Assembly: GCA_008632985.1 (NCBI GenBank)
Contig: QPGO01000219.1
Location: forward strand, 62,001 to 104,924
Source: Psammoneis japonica
Lineage: Eukaryota
Reading direction: 5' to 3'
Length of the DNA: 42,924 nt
The position numbers were made by a program, and so were the translations under genes. Below are positions 11,377 through 22,123 of the stretch, piece by piece; position 1 is the stretch's first letter, and every line of letters begins with the position of its first letter. The notes beneath the pieces were generated by a model. The model saw only the letters and a list, made by a program, of their open reading frames with translations. It did not search any database and was not told the origin of the DNA.

Positions 11377-12399
11377 CCAAGCATCTCAAGTGTTCATCAT
11401 GCCCCTTGAACATGCCGGGTGTCCACAACTTACTTCGCCTTTTCTGGTTTGCTGCTGCTGCCAGTGTTGCCACTGCCTTGTTTGTTTGAAGCTGTTGGCA
11501 TGATGAGACTCAACTTTTTTGAGGATCATCACAAAATGTCACTCACATGCCACCCACACAAAGGCTCAAATTTAAGTTTTGCAAGACACATTTCTTCCAA
11601 GTGCTGACAGACCCTAAAAAAAATGCTGAAACCACCAAATTTGTGCACAAAAGACAGTGACCACCTTGAAAACTGCAGCATCTGCCCATTTGCCAACAAA
11701 AAAGCCCCGCAGGAGAGGAAGCTTTGCTGGATCAGCATGATGCCAAATGGGCATGATGCAGTGGTGATGTCAGTGCCTTGGAAGGCAACAGGGGCACAAT
11801 TGATGCTGTCAGGCACATCATTGGTGGGCCAGCTTGTCACACACAAGAAATGCCACATGCACGCAGATTTTTTGTTTCAAATTCTGCAATGTCACCAGTT
11901 TTTTAATTTGGCATCTTGTGGTCTCTCTCTGCACCTTCTCTTCAAAAGAGACCCAGACACAAGCTGACAACCAAAGCAACAAACCAGAACAAGAATGGAC
12001 ATGCTGCAGTGGGGGACCAGTGCACAGCTGGGGACTGCAACCTCAGCTGCCGGTGTTGGCCTGCCAGCATTTGTTGCAATGTGTCACACAGTGCAGGGCT
12101 TGTGCAAGGAACAGTTGGCTGATGCTGGGTGGAAGACAAAAAAGCCCCTGTGCCTCCACAACACACAGAGACAAACAGACAAACACAGTCAATCAAAAGC
12201 AAGAGTTCACAAAAAGAAGCCAGAGTTTGGCTCAGCAAAGCAACCAAACAAATGCAAAGCAAGTCCTGCTGAGCAACCAGGGTGCTTTTTCCTGCAATCC
12301 CACGAACTTGGCTCAGCCCAAATGAACTTTACAACCTTCAACATTGCTTGGGCATCATTGTGCATGTTCACTTGGTCATCTCCCTTTCTCATTGGTGGT

Positions 12400-14300
12400 G
12401 CCTGCTCATCTTGCTCAACTGAGCTGACAGTGCTCTTTGGGCTCTTGGTCTTGGTGTTGAGGTGCAAAAGCCACAAAGATCATTGCTGTCACTTGCTCCA
12501 GTGATGGATTTCAACATCATCTCCTTCTGGTGTTTGTGGTGTGCACCTTCCACCTTTTTCTTCTTCTTCTCTTCCTTTTTGTCTTTGAGCTGCAAGTTCT
12601 CCTCTGCAGCTGTGTCTCTGCCTCACCCAAATGATCTGCACTCATCTCCTCAGCTTCCATCTTGTGATGACAACAATGCATCCTTCTTCAAAGCAAGTGC
12701 CACTGTGGTTGGGGAGCTGCCTTGCACAAATCAGCAATGTGAGCCAGCCGCAAATTGAAATTTTCTTTCTTTTTTGCATCATCTGAGAATTGCTGTTGTG
12801 ACAATTCTCTGTCATTTGTGATGGCTTTTGCCAACTCAGAGCACCACTTTGGCAAAAAAGACTTGCACAAACAGCTGCACCTCAAGTCCAGAAAAATTCT
12901 TGCTGTCCTTGTCAGCCAAGAGAACATGCAAGAACACATGGTTGCACCACCTGCCAACAACAACATCATGCAATGCCTCCAACAGTGACACCATCCCTTG
13001 TCTTTGTGAGGGTGTGGACCAAATGTGAAAACTTTTCTGCAACCCTGAATGCCAGAACAACATGCCATGTGAGTGTCCTTTTCCACATTGTCCAAGAGTC
13101 ATCAGGATTTGTCCTGCTGCAACACTCATCATGAAAAACATGACCATCATTGTTGTGAATGTCAGACTTCTTCATCTTGTTCCACTTGACAACTGGAGCA
13201 TGACGCAGCTTGTTGTCCACCTGCTTCATCTGAGCACCTTCTGATGCAATGGAATGATGGTTGTTTGTTTCACACCAATCCCCTTGACCGTAAAAAGGGG
13301 CAGCACTTTGTGACATGTGCAAACTTGACGTGCAATCCCTTCAACACCAAATGTCCAATTTGTTCTTCTTTTCTGACAGCATCTTCACTCTCTGACAACT
13401 GTCAAACACAATCTTGCCAAAAGGTGGCTGCACAATCTTTTTCATGTGTCACGGCTCAACTTTTCAGGTTTGCACTCTTCCAAATCACCAACATTGACCT
13501 GGCTTTCTTTGTGAGTTTCAAGCCTGACAGTGCCAAAATGACTCTCTCACCAATGTCGCTTCTTTTGTCAAGTGGTTTGTCCCAAACTCAGGATTGGCAC
13601 TTGCTTGTTGCAGCTGCATGGTGGGTGATGTGCTTTTGGCTGGAGTGAGGCCTTGCCAGAACAACTCCAGAGCTCGCTGGAGCAACCAGCTTCTTTGCAC
13701 ACAGCACAAAAGTGTTGTCTCCATCATTTGCCATGAGAGCTTCTCCCACTCCCAGCGCTCCTTGCAGACCCCCACTTTCAAGTCTGAGCAGTGAGACATG
13801 GCACCCACAACATTCTCAAAACCCAACACTTCCTTGTGACAAGACAACAATGTCTTCTGACAATGAAGACATGCACCCCACTTGTTGTTCACACCAAAAG
13901 AAATGGCTTGAACAAGCCCATCCAAAAAAAGACAACCACACAATGCAATTGGATGGTGCAATTGTCTGTTCATCATCACCCACCCCAATCATCAAAACCA
14001 AAAAGTTTCTTCACATGCTGAACATGGTCAACAAGCACACCAACTCCACTCTCTTGACATGGTGCAACAAAATGGCAACAGCAAGACATTTCTTTGTGGC
14101 GCCCCTTTCCAACATTCCTGCCCAGCACCAACATCATCACCATGTTGTTGTTCTTGTCACCCAGACATTTCACAGTTTGTGGTCCATTCTCATGGCAAAA
14201 TTGTTCTTCAACAAACCAATCAGCAACAATGTTGTGGAATGGGTTTTCTTGTTGTTTGATGGATTTGAACCCCCATCAACACCATTCTTGTGATGAACAA
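12400..14300 (-). pseudogene. Further degraded coding relic(s), unidentified
   Basis: Minus-strand protein-like pieces (QLKDKKEEKKKKK; KWCSELAKAITNDRELSQQQFSDDAKKKENFNLR; KWNKMKKSDIHNNDGHVF) broken by frameshifts. Confidence 0.3.
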
Positions 14301-17300
14301 TGTGAGGTGGGACAGAAGGCTGGTCTTTTGGGTTCCAGAATCTTCTGTGGTCAACTCACTCAGCCACACAAGACCTTGTGGGCACCACATCTGGGGATCA
14401 GTTGCAGTTTGAAGACATTGCCAGTGCCAAGTTTTAGAGACACCCTGCTTTGAACAATGTCTTTCCATTGTGTTGACAAACCTCTTGACTTGAGGGGACA
14501 ACTTTGGCAAAAAAAATTGTTTGCTTGAAGGGTGCCACCACCAACAGAAGAATCTGCCAGCTCTTGTCTTTTTTTGGTGGCTGCTGCAGCTGGCATGACC
14601 ACTGTGATTGCACTGATCACACACTTGTGTGTCTGCATGACAGATGCACTCCAGAGAGGGGCCCAACATCAGCCAACACAAAATTGAAATGGATGGACAG
14701 AGGCAGCCTCCAAGGCAGTTCCAGATGACAAAAGCACCAAGACACTGAGAATCACAGCAAACAAACTGAAACAGGAGTGCAGCTGGTGCACTGGTCATGC
14801 ACTTGTGTTTGTGCAACAAATGCACTGCAGAGAGGAGGTCAACATCAGTCACCACAAAATTGAAACAGGTGAGCAGAGAGGCAGCCTCCAAGGCAGCTCC
14901 AGATGGCAAACACAAAACACCAAGCATTGCAGCAATCAATTGAGTTGTTGTTCAAGACAGTGGCAGTTTTTGTTCAGAAACTGTTGGGGTGAAGAAGAGT
15001 TTGGCAGAAATTTGGAATGAATGACGAAAGCAACTGAAAAATGATGTGTGCAAAGCAACCAAAAAATGACATGTGCAGTGCCTCTTGCATGAATGGCACC
15101 AGCACTGAAGTGCAAACAAAAAAATGAAAGAGATGGGGTTGTCCACAAGAATGAAAGTGACTGTGCACAGACACAATTGTCTTGTGATGACAATGAGACA
15201 ACTTTCAAATAAAAACAACAGACAGCTCTGTGCAATGCAAAGGGAAAGAGGGGGTTGCAGAGTGGCAACAGCAGCATGCTGCATTGTGGCTCATGCATGT
15301 GGAAGTCAGCATTGATCAATGCACTGTGAGAACAACATTGCATGCCATCTGATGCCGTTCTTTTTGTGACAAAAGTGCACTCCTTTTTGATTGAAAACAT
15401 GATGCACTCTCATCATCACAATTTTGTGTCATCATCAAACACTTTGATGTTTGCCGAATGCCCAAAAATGTGATCTCTGCTGGTGGAGACAAAATTGTCT
15501 GGTGCTGAAACCCGCATTGAAAATCTCACATGACATGTTGCAGATCACCTGGAGCTGGAACAGGCCACCAGGTGACATGCAAACTGACACTTTTGTCAAC
15601 TTGTTGCACATGTCAAACACACATTTGAGCACACACATCTTCAATGCCAGCATGAAAAAATAAAATGCCTCATCTGCAGGTGCCATGCTCCAAGGGGCTT
15701 AATTTCTCAATGAGAAACAAACTCCAAAAGTGACAAACAGCATGCTCAATGAGAAAATGAAATGACAGCACAGGACAGCAGCTGCTTCCTCCACCTTGTC
15801 ATGACAGGAGCAGTGCCATTCAGGCCACCACACTTTGCTTGGTCTGTGGATTGTGGATGCCATTTCTCTTTTGTCCACAGCAAGCAATGGTCACAGACCT
15901 GCCTGCAGTGATCTCAGTGACTTTTCATTGAAAAGTTTTTGCACCTTCTTCTCAGGCCATTTTGCCCCCACCCTGCTTTGCAGCCAATCAACTTGAAAAT
16001 GTGATGCCATTAAATTTGATGCCCTGATGCTGCACAAAGAGTGGCGCACACTTTTTAGATGATGTCACACAGCCCACAGCCTGTGTGTCAACAAAAAGCT
16101 TGCAACAAGTTGAACAAGGTCACATGCATCATGCATGTGTGATGCTGACTGGTGGGTTGAAAGTGCCAGCCTTTGTCATTGAAAAGCAGCTGCTTTTGTC
16201 AGTGAAAAAAATGATGGCTGCTTTGGGCAACTTCCTCCAATTGTTTCAATCTTTGTGCACAAGAGTTTGTTGAATGACGTGGCATGACATGGCATCTAAG
16301 AAAGAGAGAGAGAGAGTTCCAAAACCTTGTGCAAATTTGTGTGCTGCTGTGTGAGTTGCACAGAGGTGGAACCCAGTTTTCATGGCTTTGATCTTGCTCT
16401 GCAGCTTTGGCAGAGCTGGAGGGCAACAAAAAAAGCTTCTGTCAGTTGCTTCAACTGGGTGTCATTCAGCAACTGAAGCCCTGCTGCTGTTTGCTGCGTG
16501 GCATTGGTGTCCAAATGAGCCCACATGGTGCATTGTTTCTGTGTTGCACAGATCTGTTTTGGGGGCCTTGCGCACAAGGAGTCTCATGGTGCACCAGAGC
16601 AGGCATCACACTCATCCAGATTTGCTTGGGATTTTTCCATGCACAAAGGGGGGGGTTGGATGCAACCCTCTGTGCACAGCTGGCAAGTCAATGCTGTCAC
16701 TGAAAGGGAATCCCATTGGGCTTTCTGTCCCACTTGATGCACTCCTTGCCTTGGCAATCTGCAATGGCTGTGGGGGTTGCCACAAGGTGTCAATGCAAAG
16801 TGCAAAGTGTTGCATGACAACAGGTGCCTGCTCACACCCAATGCAACAAATTGTGTGAACCAAGTGACTCGCTCCAAAGAGTGAGGTGAAAAAGAAAAGG
16901 CAAGGGCTGGTGACTCTGAGACTCTTTTTGCAAAGTCACTCAGCAAACCACATCAGCACATGAGCTAAAACATCTTTCCTTCAACATGTCTGGGTGCCCT
17001 GCAGTGCTTTAAAGTTGGTCTGGTGGCAGCACTGAGGATTGGCGTTGCTTCAGCGCTGACTTCTTTCAAGTCAGAGCTGGGCAGATTGGTGCACTGTCTC
17101 CCACCAGAGAAGCCAACCAATGCCAGTGTAGTGGCGGACACATGCACTCACAAATTTCTGTGCTCCGCATCTCTGTGCTTTCATGTGCACTCCCCACTGC
17201 ACTGTGCCCTCTTTGTCTGCAGGGCACCCCACTTCAGCAGCCAGAAGGGATGGGATCTCATCCCAAGCAAATTTTGGTCATCCCTCTCTTCCTTTGCATC

Positions 17301-17564
17301 AACAATCAACTGACACAAATCTAAAACATCGCGACGGATGCAGGGGTTGTCACTCAACTGACTCTTTCTGCTCTCGAGCCATCGAACCATTTCAATCCTT
17401 GCCTTCTGGAATTCCTCATTCTGAATTCCTTCCATTGTCATGGCCACATCCATTTGCAGCTGCTCTCCGTTTTCATTACGTGTCGTTCCCGTGAGGAGCA
17501 TCTCGCCCATGTCTCCCAGCTCTCTAAATTTACACCAGTAATTCCGCGGCCACCGCTGGGCAAA

Positions 17565-17758
17565 GTGGCAGTCGGTCTAGTACAACACGGCCTCCTCGGC
17601 CAACGATGACGGAATCGAAACATTGGAGTCACATGGGTGTTGACACAGCTGGTGACAAAAGGAACAGCTCTCGAGTAGGGAGGGGATTCAAAAAGTTTGG
17701 AGCCGGTTCAGCAAAGTTTTGTCCCGCAACAATCTTCGGACAAGCCGCCTTATCTGAA
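17565..17758 (-). pseudogene. Local duplicate of an internal EPL1 segment (source 18206-18432)
   Basis: 194 bp alignable to 18206-18432 with 12 substitutions and deletions of 8 and 25 bp. Confidence 0.95.
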
Positions 17759-17882
17759 CGCCCCTCGGCAATTTGCAAGATTGCCGACCATTTCTGCTCC
17801 CACTACTCTGCATACTTATCTACAGAATGAGCAGATACAGCATCTGCAGTCAATTCTAGAGTCTATCATTTAGTCTTGCTGG

Positions 17883-19682
17883 CTAGAGCGGACCGATAGC
17901 GAACCTCTCTTCGCCCCAAAGCTGATCATCTGTATCCAACCAATCATCAACCTTCACAAGGACGGCTTCCCCATCGTTATCATCTGTTTCCGGAGTGGCT
18001 CCCGCAGTACCCGGTGCAGTTGCAGGAGTTTCGAAGTCATCCTTGAGAGCAGCAACACATATTTCTTCGATTCGCCGACTCAGATTTACATGGTCTAAAG
18101 GTTGAGGTAAAAGGTCAATCAGCCGTTCCTTGGGCTTGTCCGATCGCTTCACGCAGTCACCAGCTGTGTAAACCGTTGGTGGCGGCATTGTCGGGTGACC
18201 AGGATGTGGTAGTCGGTCCAGTACAACACGACCTCCTCGGCCAATTCGTGGACGATGACGGAATCGAAACGTTGGAGTCGCATGGGTATTGACATAGCTG
18301 GTGACAAAAGGAACAGCTCGGTCCCAGGATGTGACATATGACTCTCGAGTAGGAAGGGGATTCAAAAAGTTTGGAGCCGGTTCACCAAAGTTCTGTCCCG
18401 CAACAATCTTCGGACGAGCTGCCTTATCTGAAGACATCCCTTGACGAGCCGCTGCACTCTCATCGATTATATCCCCCGACGTTGGCATTGGAGAGCGTCT
18501 TGATGAATCGAGCTTTCGCTTCCTTCCTCTCTTCGCGGCAGCCTCAGATGTATCAAAACACTTTGGTACGTCAAGTAGACTATCCAACGCTTGACGACTC
18601 AGATTAGAGCTCAACCGACACCACCCACTCGTGTCAACAGCATCGTACATTCGCTGATCAAACAAGTCTGCTTGCATTTGAATCATTGATCGATTCAACT
18701 CTTCTCGTCTCTTGACCAAGTCCAGCATGACGCGAACCATGTCAAAGTCACTTCGTAGCTGCTTCATTTTTCGAAACGCTTCCATGTCATTTTGACGCTT
18801 CTTTCGTAGCTTGTACTTTTCCTTCTCGCGTGGCCTAAAGACAAGATGAGGATTGGTATCATCGGTAGCCGTAACAGGCCAAAACCGTCGAAGAAGAGGT
18901 CGCTTCAATTTTGAACGCTTCTGCAACCAATAAGTGTAAACGTCTTGGATGACATGCTTGACTGTAACTATTCCAGCGCGTGCCTTTACAGGAAACAAGT
19001 GCAAAAGCTGTGGGACTTTAGAAAATAAAAGGCGCTCCGCGTGATCCGTAGTAATGATGGTTTCGAATCCTGTTTCCTTTTCGAGAGCGTCAATCATTTG
19101 TTCAAGCATACCAAGAGATATCTGTGGCCGACGACGAAGCGAAGTATGATCCAAACTATCATCACTTTGATGCGAATCAACAGTTGGTGTGGATGCGCCG
19201 AATCTGGTGTTGCTCTGGAGCCATGCCTCGTCTTCTGCGTCAGCATTGTATTCCAGTTCTGTCGATAGTTGCTCCTCCGTTGGTTTGCGATAACGAACAT
19301 AGGATCTTGGTATCTGGTAGTTTGAAGGAACATCGGTGCCATACGTTTCTACATCGATGATTCGCGGTGTCGGGATTTCCTTCTTGGGCTTGGGTTGCAT
19401 GGACGGCGTCTAAAATAGAGTGTTGCAAGATGAAAACTTCAAAATGTGAGAGAAATCACGTCAAGTCTGTATGTCAACCGACGCATTGCATCATGCAACC
19501 TGGTTACCGGTATGAATACGTACCGACGTTGATGCTGCCTTTCCCAAATCAGCCACTGTCTTTATGTTTCCATCGCTATCTTCATATTTCAGTGTATCTG
19601 ATGCGCGCCTCACTATCGCTATCTTTTTGTAGACATTGAGTGCCGACACTCCCTTGATTGCCGGTGCAGTCGGCGGCGCCAT
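17883..19682 (-). CDS. EPL1: Enhancer of Polycomb-like protein (NuA4/TIP60 subunit); exons 19682-19524 and 19409-17883
   Basis: EPcA motifs IPTPRI..Y..P.SYVRY, EYNADAEDEAWL, VYTYWLQKRSKLKRPLLRRF, DTNPHLVFRPREK, and FRHRPRIGRGGRVVLDR. In-frame GTACGT..TTTTAG intron at 19523-19410. Confidence 0.9.
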
Positions 19683-20260
19683 GATCTATCGTCGATCGAT
19701 GTTGGATTTTACCGACGAGGAAGGACGTTGTGTGCTCGAGCAGAGTTGACTTCCGGGTGCCTCTCCAGTTTCTGTATGATAATTCAATATCACATTTCAT
19801 CATGGATATATTCAAAAAGTGTCACTATCAAAACGATGAACTTTAGAATTTTTCCCTTTACGATCCAACGGATGGTCAACCTAAACCGGATCTATCCATA
19901 ACATACAATTACGGAATTAATCATAAAGAAGACATTTTTCATAGCTGACGGTTGGCGGCATTTTCGTATATTTTATATATAGAATATAAAAAACTTACAT
20001 AAGTCTTCTCTTCGAAATTTGGGTCACGTACGTTTTCACGTCATCGTGGTACACACGCAGATTTTCGATCAACCAACAGAGCACTGCGCTGGACGGGCGG
20101 AGGAGTTGCTTTTGCGTTGTTGCGTTGTTGAGGTAACCGCGAAGGCAGTCCCAGTCAACTGTAGAAGAACGTTCCGCTGCAATTCATATCTCCCGTGTCT
20201 TTGCAAAGAGTACTTCCCAAGGCTTCACGAGGAACCCACGGGATTGTTGTTGAGAGAGAA

Positions 20261-21948
20261 ATGGGACTCATGGACAACAACAGAAACATCGACCGAACGA
20301 GAGAACCTGAGAGCTTCAATACCAGCAGCAACAACAACAACCTCTTTGACGACGAGCAACCCATGATGGACAGATCGCGAGTAGCTAACCAAAGCATGGC
20401 GCCGTCGGAGAACGTTCCACATGATCTTGGGATGGGGTTGGGCGATCAAGCTACCTCTGAAATTGAAGAAAGTAAAGCATCGCGATCCTTTCGGCGTCGA
20501 AGTTTACTCAAAAAGAAGAAGAAGAAAAAGGGCAGTCAAAAGAAACTCCCCAAGGAAGATATGGATCCTTATGATTCGGACCCTGGCGAGAGCTATCGTC
20601 AGCATTGCCTTCGCGTCAAAGGTATCAGTACTAGGACCTGTTTCGCAAGACCGAACTTTATGCGGCCGGCGACGGATGACACGGTTGCGACAGACCCTCC
20701 CTCGCCCCTGAGCGAACCGGAGGATGTGTTGAACCAGACACCCGTTTCTCTTCCAGCCGGAGTCGATCCTGTGCGATACTCGCTTCGAACGGCTATAGGG
20801 GACGGCTCAGAGGAGCAACCAACGGGACCGAGCGTAATGGAACGCCGGGAGTTAAGGCCCAATGGGGTACACGTGAATGTAAGCCACTGGAGTGCTACTG
20901 GAGCAAGACCTTACATGGAAGATCGGTAAGTTTTCTTTGATGCTTTGCTTTGAGGAGGTCTGATAGCCTGTGCTCACTTTTTGTTGCTGTACTGTTGAAA
21001 ACGCAGATATGTCGTGGAAGACATGGGTACCGTTCAAGTTAAAGTGAGCCCTGTTGTAAAGGGATCCCCCGCTGACGGTGGTGTAGAAGTTGCTCACGTG
21101 TCCCGTCCTCAGCGACGCCTAAAGATGCCACTCGGCTTCTTTGGGGTCTTTGATGGCCACGGCGGAGAAAAGGCAAGCCAGTACTGCGCAGACTGGATGT
21201 CCTCCTACGTTAAGACTCGAGATACCTTTCCTTACGATTTGGGCTACGCTATGAAGAACGCCTTTAATTCGATCGACGACGACTTTATCAACACGGGATA
21301 TCCAGATGGCACCACTGCCTGCGCTGTGTCATTGGTGGGAGGCCGCAGGATAGTCTGCGCCAACGCGGGTGATTCTAGAGCCGTTGTGGTGCGCAGAGAC
21401 GGGTCGGTGGTGCGACTCAGTAGGGATCACAAACCGGGGATTCCAGACGAGACCCGCCGCATATCGGCGCTTGGTGGGCGCGTCATTTACTGGGGGCGTT
21501 GGAGAGTTGAGGGGCTTCTTGCTGTATCTCGCAGTATCGGCGATGCTTCTCTCAAGCCGTACGTGACGGCCGAACCTGAGGTCTGCGAGTATGACGTTGG
21601 GGAAGACGACTGGTTCCTTGTAATATCTAGTGACGGCGTTTGGGATGTCATGGATAATGAGGAGGCTGCGCATGTCATTATTGCCACATCCTGCGTGATG
21701 GAGGATGGTAAACTTGTTATTGACACTGATCGATTTAAGTGGGCAGCAAGAAATCTGTGTGAGCATGCAAAGTAAGTGCTACGTCAGCCTGGTATTTGTG
21801 CCTGTTTCGTTTCGTGTGCCCTGATACTTATTGCCGCTTCTTTCATTCCAGATCATGCGGTTCAACAGACAATTTCTCTGTTGTTTGTGTAGATCTGCAG
21901 AGCTGCAGAAGTTCCAACTCAACGTCTGGTCGCTACGAGCCAAGATAA
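20261..21948 (+). CDS. PP2C/PPM Ser/Thr phosphatase with long N-terminal extension; exons 20261-20925, 21007-21771, 21852-21948
   Basis: Motifs GARPYMEDR, FFGVFDGHGG, DGTTA, NAGDSRA, DHKP, LAVSRSIGD, SSDGVWD and GSTDNFSVVCVDL, joined in frame by GT-AG introns. Confidence 0.95.
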
Positions 21949-22123
21949 TTATGTATTGCGCATCAACAGGCAGCAAAGCTTCATCCCTGATAGATATTGT
22001 TTACGGTAGATTAGCGTTGTCAATTATTTTAAAGAAACGACAACAAAGTACCCATACCACACCTACGCTTCTCCTTGGGGTTGGGAATGCATGAGTTAGA
22101 ACAATTGTTCAAAAGGTTATTAT

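Larger units (their letters stand above)
7180..17520. other. TpA/CpG-depleted hypermutated tract II (~10 kb transposon graveyard)
   Basis: Roughly 30 TA in ~10 kb by manual scan, where several hundred are expected from base composition. Nearly all are TTA/TAA. CG is rare in the core. Dense spurious Tyr-free ORFs occur in all six frames. Confidence 0.92.

Noticed and set aside
7400..17330. The many 60-240 aa ORFs as real genes
   Set aside because: They overlap in all six frames, lack Tyr and are explained by loss of TAA/TAG stops.
2470..17520. Classical fungal RIP
   Set aside because: RIP enriches TA and depletes CA/TG. The opposite is seen here.
2470..17520. Endogenous giant virus or bacterial insertion as the cause of the composition shift
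   Set aside because: No viral or bacterial hallmark genes were recognised, and host-derived copies (EPL1 fragment) show the same substitutions.
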